IMG/VR virus record: IMGVR_UViG_3300030419_005383
Span: 10,296 to 74,295 of that record
Source of the DNA: a virus
Reading direction: 5' to 3' (one strand)
Length of the DNA stretch: 64,000 nucleotides
The stretch's first letter is position 1; every line of letters starts with the position of its first letter. Of this stretch, positions 54,346 through 62,720 are shown one piece after another. The translations under genes and the position numbers were made by a program. The notes under the pieces were generated by a model. That model saw only the letters and a list, made by a program, of their open reading frames with translations. It did not search any database and was not told where the DNA came from.

Positions 54346-55908
54346 TCACCGCAGAATGGATTCGCTTTGGAATGGACTTCTTCGAGCATGATAACGCCTC
54401 TTTGAGCTTCGGGTTCTCACCTGCCTGCCTCGAAGCGTTCGACGGTTCCACTCAGCCAGCATCAAAGCATCGGCATGGTCATCATGGTAGCCGTCCTGAC
54501 CCTCAATCTTTCCGTTGACTTCTCGAATGTGCATCAACTCTTGAATTGTCTGCGCATCCATCAGCGTCAAGGCGTCACCATTCACCATTTGGCGCAAGTG
54601 AGCATACGCTTCTTGTTTTGAGCCTCGGTGTGTCGTCCAATACTTGACTTGGGTAGACGGCATTCTTCCCGGTGGAGTCGGCTTGGTCCAAAGCGGAATG
54701 TTGTGCTTTTGAAACTCCCTCAAGACAACTGGGCCGGCGCCGCCTGGATTGTGCTCTACCAAAGACCGAGCCTTTCCGTAATGAATGGCGAGTTCTGCTG
54801 CTTTCGTAGCGAACAACATTTCCCCCCCCTGGTTCATCGAAAGCGTCGCAACCTGACGCCCATCACGACTGAGCACCTGCGCTACCGCGTAGTCTCCACC
54901 ATTACACCACGACGGGTCTACACCCATCGCATACGTCATGCCTGGAATCGGGCGCTCAAAAATTCTTAGAGTGCCCTCTGACTCTTCGACCGACGAATAC
55001 ACATCATTAAGGTAGTCGGCATCAAACCAGCTACCATCCACAATCATAAAGCCATCTTCCAGCGTCAGCGGATACTCCCGCCGAAATCTGGTCAGGCCAA
55101 TACCGTTGACACCATGAATCTTGTTGTGGCGCCAATAAAGCTGCTCCATGTCCAAGCCATGCGTTTGAGCCAGCTCCCATTCTTCCTGGTCAGGCTCCCA
55201 GCTCTTAGGCACCTTGGTTCGATAGGCGTCATGGTCAGCCCACTTGAAAAACCGAAATTGAACAGTCGGGTCACCGTTCAGCATCGCTTCCTGTGCAGCT
55301 AAAACCTTGCGATGGAACAAATTGCCAGGCCCATCAGCCGTAGACATGATGATGATCTTACGGTGCGGCCCCGCGTGCAGCGTCGAAGTCACACTGGCCC
55401 AAACCTCTTCCGCGTTCGGCCAGAACGCCAACTCGTCTGCGTGAAGACGTTGATATGTCCAACCACGCGCTTCTGATCGTCCACCCGCGGTCATACATCG
55501 AAACCCGGCGCCCGTGTCATCGAACAACAACTCGCGCTTGTTTGACCGGGCCACAGAACGCCGCAAGGGTGTCGGTAGCGACTTGTAGTAGTGTCGAATC
55601 TTACCAAAGATAGCGTCAGTAGTCTCATAAGAGTCGCCAACCACCAAGCAGCGGACCGGGTCCTGCGCCCAGTACAAGTACCCGAAATTGTACGCGGTTC
55701 CGACTGTCGTGTTTCCGATCTGGCGGGGCTTATAGTGAATCACCGTCTCAGCAGGAGACAGGAAATCATTCATCGCCAACACCTGCTCTCCAAACGGAGC
55801 AGTCATTGAGCGGTCCTGGCCTCGCTGGTCCACAATCCGTAAACGAGAAATAAACTCAAACGGATCCTGCGCTAATACCCGCAGCTTCCGCTTGATTCTT
55901 GCGTCCAT
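54346..55908 (-). CDS. terL: Terminase large subunit
   Basis: KPRQIGNTT, LHADELAFW, MSTADG, FRREYP, MGVDPS, HDDHADAL. Confidence 0.95.
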   Translation of the reverse strand: MDARIKRKLRVLAQDPFEFISRLRIVDQRGQDRSMTAPFGEQVLAMNDFLSPAETVIHYKPRQIGNTTVGTAYNFGYLYWAQDPVRCLVVGDSYETTDAIFGKIRHYYKSLPTPLRRSVARSNKRELLFDDTGAGFRCMTAGGRSEARGWTYQRLHADELAFWPNAEEVWASVTSTLHAGPHRKIIIMSTADGPGNLFHRKVLAAQEAMLNGDPTVQFRFFKWADHDAYRTKVPKSWEPDQEEWELAQTHGLDMEQLYWRHNKIHGVNGIGLTRFRREYPLTLEDGFMIVDGSWFDADYLNDVYSSVEESEGTLRIFERPIPGMTYAMGVDPSWCNGGDYAVAQVLSRDGRQVATLSMNQGGEMLFATKAAELAIHYGKARSLVEHNPGGAGPVVLREFQKHNIPLWTKPTPPGRMPSTQVKYWTTHRGSKQEAYAHLRQMVNGDALTLMDAQTIQELMHIREVNGKIEGQDGYHDDHADALMLAEWNRRTLRGRQVRTRSSKRRYHARRSPFQSESILR

Positions 55909-56490
55909 TCACCCACTCGTCGGCAGTTTCCACTTCGAACCACCGCCTGTACCCAGAAACTTTCTCAGTTCATCCAGGTCAACTACAATCGCATCCGGGT
56001 CTTTGGAGTTCTTGAACCGGACTGATGCATATTGCTTAAACGCCCACTCACGCTTGTCGCACATACCATCACGAAGGCCCTCCCAGAACCGCCTGTCGAG
56101 AAACCGGAACTCCTCTTCGCCCACCGGCTCCACGTCAGGAAATTCCGAGTAAAACCAGCCCACGAAGCGCGGGTCTTCTTTGCACCAATGCTTCCATAGT
56201 GTTTCGTTAACTTTCCGCATTTTACGGTGCTTTTGACGAGATTCCTCAAACCACTCTCTGCGAAACACTTTGCCGGTTCGAACCAATTCGTATGCAACAT
56301 CTCGAAACGCTCGCTGTGAAGCCGTAGGAGAGAACCCGCTAAAATCAACGTCTCCATCAAGGAAACGACGCACCGCATCGTGTGCTGATGCCTCTTCTTC
56401 AATAACGTCAGGCACCAAATCATCGTTGGCGCCCTCGTCAATCAGCCTCAATTTAGGTTTTTCTTCATCGCCAATGTCATAACGATCCAT
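55909..56490 (-). CDS. Putative terminase small subunit
   Basis: Abuts terL; AGGAG SD before ATG 56490. Positional call. Confidence 0.55.
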   Translation of the reverse strand: MDRYDIGDEEKPKLRLIDEGANDDLVPDVIEEEASAHDAVRRFLDGDVDFSGFSPTASQRAFRDVAYELVRTGKVFRREWFEESRQKHRKMRKVNETLWKHWCKEDPRFVGWFYSEFPDVEPVGEEEFRFLDRRFWEGLRDGMCDKREWAFKQYASVRFKNSKDPDAIVVDLDELRKFLGTGGGSKWKLPTSG

Positions 56491-56534
56491 CAAAAACTCC
56501 TGTGCTACCCTATTAGAAATACCACGAGATTCAT

Positions 56535-56750
56535 ATGAGCACCCAAGACCTACACCCACATTCCGACATCGTCGAGTATCTGAAAGAAACAAACACACCG
56601 ATGCAGCCTGCTTTCGCAGTGGCCTCGCCAGAAGAAAAGGCCAGGTACATCACGCGGATCACCAAGCGTTTTCATGACGCCTGGAAGCAGAATCAAAAAG
56701 GAATGTCGCTGGTTTCAACTCGCGTAGACGTAGACGGGGCCGGAGAGTAG
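56535..56750 (+). CDS. Possible small protein on the opposite strand
   Basis: Fills the gap between terS and ssb; overlaps the ssb 3' end; weak SD. Confidence 0.35.
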   Translation: MSTQDLHPHSDIVEYLKETNTPMQPAFAVASPEEKARYITRITKRFHDAWKQNQKGMSLVSTRVDVDGAGE

Positions 56751-57100
56751 CCATCAGTCGAATTCTGGCTGACTTTTGAGCCCAAAAACTTCACAGTCTT
56801 CGCGCTGATTTCAGTAGAACGGCGATCTTTGCCTTCTTTGTCTGTCCAATCGCGCGTGCGCAACGAACCCTCGACGTAAATTTGGGAACCCTTTCTCAAG
56901 AACTTGGCGACGTTTTCAGCCGTGCGGCTCCAGGCCGTCACGTTGAACCACTCAACTACCTCACCCCACTCTCCGTCTGGTCCCTTTCGGCGCTCGTTTA
57001 CAGCCAGCCGTAAGTTCACAACAGGTTCTCCAGACCGTGTTTTACGCAATTCCGGGTCGTGACCCAAATTACCAATCAAATGAACAACATTCACACCCAT
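56693..57100 (-). CDS. ssb: Single-stranded DNA-binding protein
   Basis: VNVVHLIGNLGHDPELR, EWFNVTAW, KGSQIYVEGSLRTRDW, C-terminal DIPF. Confidence 0.97.
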   Translation of the reverse strand: MGVNVVHLIGNLGHDPELRKTRSGEPVVNLRLAVNERRKGPDGEWGEVVEWFNVTAWSRTAENVAKFLRKGSQIYVEGSLRTRDWTDKEGKDRRSTEISAKTVKFLGSKVSQNSTDGYSPAPSTSTRVETSDIPF

Positions 57101-57128
57101 CACTGCTCCAATCCTCCACGTTTACGTT

Positions 57129-57272
57129 TTAGTAACTACTCTTTTTTACGGACTTTTTCTTGCCGGTTGATTTTCCATAGCTTGATTTAGCCTTCTTCAC
57201 CGGCTTCTTTTTCTTCTTTCCATAGTGCTTCATTGCCTTAGCTGCGCCATCTCTCAGCTTGTCCATTGCCAT
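57129..57272 (-). CDS. 47-aa Lys-rich peptide (not in ORF track)
   Basis: MAMDKLRDGAAKAMKHYGKKKKKPVKKAKSSYGKSTGKKKSVKKSSY*; TAATG overlap with the upstream gene. Confidence 0.65.
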   Translation of the reverse strand: MAMDKLRDGAAKAMKHYGKKKKKPVKKAKSSYGKSTGKKKSVKKSSY

Positions 57273-57676
57273 TACTTCTTCCCTTTGCCTTTACGGGCAT
57301 CCAACTGACGGACAATCTTCCTCGCCTGCGCATATCCAGCGTCACCACCCCAAAGCATCGATGCAACGTACCCTTTGTCCTCTGTAGGCTTCTTTCCCTT
57401 GTCCAGCTTCCGGTCTTTCTGGTGACGGTCATGGTAAGCCTTGACCCGCCTCCATGTTGAAGGACTCAAGTTCTTTCGATTGGCCATGTTTGAAGCGCGA
57501 GTCACACCAGAACCGATGCCCTGCTTCTTTGCTTCTTTTGGGTCTAAGCCAGCTTTTCCGCTTTTCGGCTGTTTCCGTCGCAACTCTAAACCGCGCTTTG
57601 CTGCCGCTGCTGTCGATTTGCTGGGTTTCATATTGATTTCTTTCGAAATACCCTGAGCCAATTTCTTCACAGACAT
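57272..57676 (-). CDS. Basic conserved phage head-region protein
   Basis: AKRGLELR...GVTRA...LSPST..R...RH...GYVASMLWGGDAG motif. Confidence 0.8.
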   Translation of the reverse strand: MSVKKLAQGISKEINMKPSKSTAAAAKRGLELRRKQPKSGKAGLDPKEAKKQGIGSGVTRASNMANRKNLSPSTWRRVKAYHDRHQKDRKLDKGKKPTEDKGYVASMLWGGDAGYAQARKIVRQLDARKGKGKK

Positions 57677-58063
57677 CTATTCAGCCTTCTTTTTTTCTCG
57701 CAACATACGCAATGCAATCGCGAGCGCCTGGTCCTTGCTCTTACCTTCTTTCATCAGCTTCTTCATCTTCTGCCCAACCCAAGCGCGCTCCTCTTTTGTC
57801 ATAGGAAGCTTACGCCTTCTCCCCGTTTTTTTCTTTCCAGGCATGTCAGACCCCTTCTTGCGGTTCGTCTCTTTACTGACCGCTCTTAGATTCTTGTCGC
57901 TATTCCCTCCGCCCTTTGACTTCGGGATAATGTGGTCCGCTTCTTCTGGATCGCCCTTTTTCAGCCCCAACTTACGCCGAGCCTTATTCGCTAAGTTCCG
58001 ACCATCCTTGGCTTTGCGGCTCGAATGGAACAGCCGGTATTCACGTTTGTAGTTTCGGGGCAT
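57677..58063 (-). CDS. HNH-type endonuclease with basic C-terminal tail
   Basis: ADHIIPKSKGGGNSDKNLRAVSKETNRKK; near the terminase. Confidence 0.8.
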   Translation of the reverse strand: MPRNYKREYRLFHSSRKAKDGRNLANKARRKLGLKKGDPEEADHIIPKSKGGGNSDKNLRAVSKETNRKKGSDMPGKKKTGRRRKLPMTKEERAWVGQKMKKLMKEGKSKDQALAIALRMLREKKKAE

Positions 58064-58066
58064 TCG

Positions 58067-58249
58067 TCAATACTTCTTTACCGACAGCTTATTCGAACGC
58101 AGACCAGCAACAGGGGGGCCAACTTGCTTGACCGGTTTATCAAGGCTTGGGGCTTTGCCAGAAACATGCGGGCTGGCTTTCGGTTTCTTCCGCTTCAACG
58201 GCGAATTCCTCAAACTCATGCTTGAGACCAGCAGATCAAGACCCTTCAT
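58067..58249 (-). CDS. Small basic protein
   Basis: ATGA overlap at 58246-58249; Lys/Pro-rich. Confidence 0.55.
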   Translation of the reverse strand: MKGLDLLVSSMSLRNSPLKRKKPKASPHVSGKAPSLDKPVKQVGPPVAGLRSNKLSVKKY

Positions 58250-58659
58250 GTCAAACGACTCCCGGCACCACCAGGCTGATACCCCCAAGACTCAAGCGCA
58301 CGCTTCAGCGCGTCAATGTCTCGCTCATATTTCTCAGAATCAGGATGCGAGGCCGGAAAAGCTACGCCACGACGACTCAACTTCGACAAATGAGTCGTAT
58401 ACTCGTTCACTTTCTCTCGATACTTCCCAGAAAGCTCCGCTGGCTTCATGTCTGCGTAATCCAAAACCTTTCCAACCAGCTCAGAACGCTCATTTTGCTC
58501 TGGAGTGAGATCAATGGCCGGCTCAGCCAAAACCTGAGACTGTACACCACCCATGTTAGCGGCCAACAATTCGTCGTCCGTAGGACCCACTGGGGCGCCA
58601 GGATCCGCCAAATAACGGTCTTCAGGGCTCAAAAAACGCTCTTCTCTCGTCAATGCCAT
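58246..58659 (-). CDS. Hypothetical protein
   Basis: 137-aa ORF in an operon. Confidence 0.7.
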   Translation of the reverse strand: MALTREERFLSPEDRYLADPGAPVGPTDDELLAANMGGVQSQVLAEPAIDLTPEQNERSELVGKVLDYADMKPAELSGKYREKVNEYTTHLSKLSRRGVAFPASHPDSEKYERDIDALKRALESWGYQPGGAGSRLT

Positions 58660-58670
58660 GCTGTTTGCCC

Positions 58671-59552
58671 CTAAAAACTGGGAAAATCTACACGCTCGTC
58701 GCGTGATCTCTCTTCAGGAAGACCCGTTCGGCCCGTCTCTTTAAACATCTCTTGGAACTCATCACGGGCCTTGTCGCCCACCCGCGGTGCCTCAAACAGG
58801 CCCATCTTGTTGTATTCGTTCCTGATCTCACGATTCCGGTCGTCACGAAGGAACCTGAGAACATCATTAGGCAAATCATCCGCAACAAGTGGACGGCCAT
58901 CCTTGTAGTACAACGCCATCATCAAACCACGGTGAGCCTGAGAGTCAGGAGCGCCGCTGCGGAGAGACGGGAATTTTTGAAGCATCGACGCATGAATTCT
59001 CGCAGGCTGTTCGCCAAATTCAAGAAGCGCCTGTGTAATGCCCTCGTCGCTGCCCACCTCAGGCTCGCCAGCCAACGTCGTGGCAGCAGTCTCTTTCCCT
59101 ACGCTTGGCGACTCGGTTGCCATAAAATCCATCAACTCGCGCTCGTCATCGTCCATATGACCCAACCATCGACGAACATCACCAGCCGCTTGGGCTGACC
59201 GGTCCATTGGGCCTGGCGTGAACTCCGGTGCAAAGCCAAGTGCGGTGCCCAACTCTTCAATGCCCTTCTTGACAGCCTTCTCCGTCAATGGAGAACGAGA
59301 ACCGCCAGTGCGAACGTCCAGCTTTGGTTCATCAAAAGGCACAATTAAGTCGGACATGAGACCGGCCACACGAGCTGCCCTCGCTAAGCCTGGTTCCTCA
59401 AGCCAAGGCCCTTCACTTTCCTTAGGTCGTCCAGACTCTAAGAGAGATGACGCAATGTCTTGGACCTGGCCAGCAGCGCCAGACCAGTCACCAGCAGATG
59501 CCATCTGCTTGGCTTTCTCAAGTTGTCTCAGGTATTCTTCTCGGCTCGCCAT
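58671..59552 (-). CDS. Hypothetical protein
   Basis: 293-aa ORF; GGAG SD. Confidence 0.75.
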   Translation of the reverse strand: MASREEYLRQLEKAKQMASAGDWSGAAGQVQDIASSLLESGRPKESEGPWLEEPGLARAARVAGLMSDLIVPFDEPKLDVRTGGSRSPLTEKAVKKGIEELGTALGFAPEFTPGPMDRSAQAAGDVRRWLGHMDDDERELMDFMATESPSVGKETAATTLAGEPEVGSDEGITQALLEFGEQPARIHASMLQKFPSLRSGAPDSQAHRGLMMALYYKDGRPLVADDLPNDVLRFLRDDRNREIRNEYNKMGLFEAPRVGDKARDEFQEMFKETGRTGLPEERSRDERVDFPSF

Positions 59553-59555
59553 TGG

Positions 59556-60857
59556 CTACTCCATCGTCTTGGATTCTTTGTATTGGCCAGCAGAAGGCGC
59601 AGGCGTCCCCCGCGTGAACTCTCCACGAGCGCCAGGACCGTAAAGCTCAGCACGCTCTTCCATGAGCCTTTGCTCTCTCAGTGCTTCAGCGCGTTCTGCA
59701 TCCTTCTTTCTCCTATAGGGAGAATCATAGACTCGCTGCATGGATGAGCCGACGTATCTACCAGACGCTTTAAGGTCAGCACGGTGCCGAGCTGCAAATT
59801 CATCTTCAGACATGCCAAACCGAGCCTTAAATTCCGGTTCAGACATGCTGGCCATCAACGCACTGTCCACAGGATCCTTAGCAACAGCCTCGCTAGCACT
59901 AAGCTCCTGGCTGACACCGAGACCACCAGCTTGCGCTGACTCGCGATCCAATTGACGCAACCAGATCGTTCGCAAATTGGCCAGACTCGTCAACTGATCA
60001 TCTGTCGGTGGAGTGCCCTGGGCCATTAACTGAGCGCGCTTCCAAGCATAGGTCTCACCCATCTTCACTGACGGCAACTCAAACAAACCAGACGCGGCCA
60101 TCTTAGCTGCCTCAGTTTCTGTCGTCTCGCCTACTTTAGGTTCGTTGGACATCTTGCTTTGCTCCTTAGTGCTCACGTATGTCTCATCAACAGCAGGTAG
60201 TGTTTCTTTTAGATCGTCTGGATGGGCGCCGATCTGTTTCAATTCTTCTTCTGTCATCCCCTCGTATTCCCAAGGACGAAAGTAAGTCGGCCACTCTTCC
60301 GCAGTGGCGCTGGATGTGCCAGGTGAGAGATTTTTAGGCCCTTTATCTTCTTCATCTTCTTCCTGGCTACGTTTCGCGGCTTCCATGGCTTCGGCCAGAC
60401 TTATGCCCCCCTCTCTTGCGGCTGCGGCTTTTATGGCTTCGGACAGGCCCATGCCCTCCTCCAACATGTCGTCTACTTCTGCGAGCTTGAGTCGGTTTTG
60501 GTGAGCCACTCGTCTTTCTTGTTGGGACTCAGATATACCCTCTGCGATTTTTGCGTCTTCAGTCTCTGAAGGCTTGTGATCTGGGTGGTCGGTGACGTTC
60601 AGCGTTTCGCCCGTGTCCTGGTTTACGAGGAAGATTCGGTCGATACCGTCGTCACCTACGACAACGTGGCGGTCCCAGTCTGGGTTGCTGTCCCAGGGAT
60701 CAACATAAGAAGTCACTGTGCCAGCTTCCCCTGTTAGGCGATGCTCCAGGTCATCCGCTGCGTCGTACCCCTTTGGGACATTAATCACGTTGCCAGAGTA
60801 GTTACGCGCATCGTCTGCGGCGCGTTCGGCGTTGGTGTCGTCCCGTTCGTTGGCCAT
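59556..60857 (-). CDS. Acidic, largely low-complexity hypothetical protein
   Basis: GGGAGG SD before ATG 60857. Confidence 0.75.
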   Translation of the reverse strand: MANERDDTNAERAADDARNYSGNVINVPKGYDAADDLEHRLTGEAGTVTSYVDPWDSNPDWDRHVVVGDDGIDRIFLVNQDTGETLNVTDHPDHKPSETEDAKIAEGISESQQERRVAHQNRLKLAEVDDMLEEGMGLSEAIKAAAAREGGISLAEAMEAAKRSQEEDEEDKGPKNLSPGTSSATAEEWPTYFRPWEYEGMTEEELKQIGAHPDDLKETLPAVDETYVSTKEQSKMSNEPKVGETTETEAAKMAASGLFELPSVKMGETYAWKRAQLMAQGTPPTDDQLTSLANLRTIWLRQLDRESAQAGGLGVSQELSASEAVAKDPVDSALMASMSEPEFKARFGMSEDEFAARHRADLKASGRYVGSSMQRVYDSPYRRKKDAERAEALREQRLMEERAELYGPGARGEFTRGTPAPSAGQYKESKTME

Positions 60858-60899
60858 GTGCGCCTCCCGTTCCACAACAGCATAGCGCGCTCACGCCAC

Positions 60900-60938
60900 A
60901 AAAGAAAAGACCCGCGCCAACAGACAGTGACGCGGGTC
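60900..60938 (-). terminator. Rho-independent terminator of the candidate sRNA (and upstream operon)
   Basis: GACCCGCGTCA/TGGCGCGGGTC stem followed by TTTTCTTTT on the - strand. Confidence 0.85.
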
Positions 60939-60978
60939 CAACCACAGGGAACGCTTGAGAGAACCAGTCACAAGCATC
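60900..60978 (-). ncRNA. Candidate trans-acting antisense sRNA targeting early-gene RBS leaders
   Basis: Own promoter and terminator. Contains UGGUUCUCUC and CCCUGUGGUUGG, complementary to the GAGAGAACCA and CCAACCACAGG leaders of many early genes. Confidence 0.65.
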
Positions 60979-60984
60979 AACAAG

Positions 60985-61013
60985 ATACTAAACACATCGC
61001 GTGTCCGCGTCAA
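60985..61013 (-). promoter_or_regulatory. Sigma70-type promoter of the candidate sRNA (TTGACG-N17-TAGTAT)
   Basis: Near-consensus hexamers; GTG-N2 before the -10 as in the early promoters. Confidence 0.7.
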
Positions 61014-61225
61014 TCCCTGGCACCCTCAGAAGGCCAAATCCAGCCACTATGTCCATTTGAGCATCTCCATGCCCCCTGTGGGCCCCTGTTCTCTTCTATC
61101 TTCTGCTGCAACGTCATCTGTTTCGCCAAGGACCGACGAGCACCACAGCCCAATACTGGACACTTGCTGCCTTCTTGCCGCCACTCAAACCGAAGATGGC
61201 CAAACATGTCAATCTGCTTTGTCAT
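61010..61225 (-). CDS. Small Zn-ribbon protein
   Basis: CPVLGC...WRCSNGH. Confidence 0.6.
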   Translation of the reverse strand: MTKQIDMFGHLRFEWRQEGSKCPVLGCGARRSLAKQMTLQQKIEENRGPQGAWRCSNGHSGWIWPSEGARD

Positions 61226-61770
61226 CCACTCTCAACTGGCCAAGACTCCCAACCAACCGCTCGCTGTCGTGCAAACAACTCTAACTTGCGTTGCGTCGGA
61301 AACATCAAATCAATCCGCTCTCGCACCTCGTGCGGCTTCGCTGAGTGAACACCCCTCGGCGCATCTACCAACTGACGCACGTTTCGGGCGCCGCGAGGCT
61401 TCGGTATCTTCCCACGCTTGCCTACCAAGCACAGTTCACACTGGCTCATCGTGTAGAAGCCAGGATTAACCCTGTCTTTCATCCAGACAAAGGCAACCGT
61501 CGCCCACTTGAAGCCCCAGGCCTTCATCAGCTCAATCGCTTGGTCTAAATGAGGCGATGTCGCCCACAAGAACAGCAAACAGTCGTCCTCAGCTACTTCT
61601 TGGACAGGTAACGCCTTCAGGTCCCGCAACTTTACTGTCGAGTAATGACTGATTGCACCGCCAGAAGTAGGCTTGCCTGCACCCGTGTGCTGTACCTGAC
61701 CCTTGTAATCCCACGGTGGATCCGCGTAAATCACCGAAAACCTGCCCGATGGCAGTGTTTCAAACATCAT
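61222..61770 (-). CDS. MT-A70 family N6-adenine methyltransferase
   Basis: VIYADPPW, LLFLWAT, AWGFKW, ELCLVGKRG, HSAKP, KLELFARQ...GWESW. Confidence 0.93.
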   Translation of the reverse strand: MMFETLPSGRFSVIYADPPWDYKGQVQHTGAGKPTSGGAISHYSTVKLRDLKALPVQEVAEDDCLLFLWATSPHLDQAIELMKAWGFKWATVAFVWMKDRVNPGFYTMSQCELCLVGKRGKIPKPRGARNVRQLVDAPRGVHSAKPHEVRERIDLMFPTQRKLELFARQRAVGWESWPVESG

Positions 61771-61937
61771 TTACTATCCAAAAGCTTCAATATTGGGCCA
61801 AATGCCTTCTCCAAACCGTCGCGTCGCTCCTTGTACAAAGGAACCCAGCGAACCGTATCTGTCGGAATATGCTTCCATAAAGTCATGAATTCCGCAGTAT
61901 CGTAGGCAATAAACCTGAAATTCTTATAAAGCCCCAT
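61767..61937 (-). CDS. Hypothetical small protein
   Basis: Coupled ORF MGLYKNF... Confidence 0.5.
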   Translation of the reverse strand: MGLYKNFRFIAYDTAEFMTLWKHIPTDTVRWVPLYKERRDGLEKAFGPILKLLDSK

Positions 61938-62400
61938 CCGCTCGCCCCCGAAAACACTCTGGCACGCTTGGCACACCGTCAATCGCTCGAACCACAATCT
62001 CTACGCGAGGACCACGATCACGCTCCGCGTAGCAGTCCCACACCTCGTGCTTCACAACCTGGCTGTCGTCACGAATCACACCAGCCATCACCAAAGCGTC
62101 TAAAGCGCACTTGGCAATATTGTCCGAGTCAGGCTTGCTTGTCTTCCAGATCAAACCGTCTGGGTCCTTCTTGCGCAACAACCTCTTCGGTCGTGACGCA
62201 GCAGCAAGAATAGTCACCTCTACTGGACCATCCTCTGGTGCTTGACGCCATGAACCGCCAATCAACATCGCCGCAGACTTCTCCCAATCAGAAGTCTTCT
62301 TCGGCGTATACATCTTTACGAATCCACCCCGAACTGCTCCCCGAGGACGCCCTTTGCCAATCGGCGGTCCAGGGATGATAAATCTGTGAGACCCAACCAC
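61924..62400 (-). CDS. rusA: RusA-family Holliday junction resolvase
   Basis: GKGRPR, YTPKKT, KPDSDNIAKCALDAL..DDSQVV. Confidence 0.93.
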   Translation of the reverse strand: MVGSHRFIIPGPPIGKGRPRGAVRGGFVKMYTPKKTSDWEKSAAMLIGGSWRQAPEDGPVEVTILAAASRPKRLLRKKDPDGLIWKTSKPDSDNIAKCALDALVMAGVIRDDSQVVKHEVWDCYAERDRGPRVEIVVRAIDGVPSVPECFRGRADGAL

Positions 62401-62720
62401 TGCTTACCTCCTATTTCGAATAAATACTGCCTCAACGGCGCAACAATCGCAGAATGTGGCCCATTCAAAACGGACAACCACAAACCATCCAATATCCAGT
62501 ACAAGTCTTCCAGGCCTTCGTCTTTTCCCGTCCTGCGGTAGTCGTCGATGTGCTTAAAGCCGCTGTTTAGACGAACTGGAGTGCTCAGCATCCATCCCTC
62601 GATGTGACGCCATTGATGACGGTCAACGCTTTTGGCTTGAAGTAACAAGTACCAATCACCAATCAGCTTGAGCAGAAGCTGCTCTAAGTCATCTGCTACT
62701 CGATCAGATGGCTTCAGCAT
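62316..62720 (-). CDS. Hypothetical protein
   Basis: Start at ATG 62720; overlaps the rusA 5' end. Confidence 0.55.
   Translation of the reverse strand: MLKPSDRVADDLEQLLLKLIGDWYLLLQAKSVDRHQWRHIEGWMLSTPVRLNSGFKHIDDYRRTGKDEGLEDLYWILDGLWLSVLNGPHSAIVAPLRQYLFEIGGKQWLGLTDLSSLDRRLAKGVLGEQFGVDS

Noticed and set aside
60741-61469. 242-aa + strand ORF spanning the sRNA locus
   Set aside because: Overlaps three - strand genes, has no SD or motifs, and the promoter/terminator signals point to the - strand.
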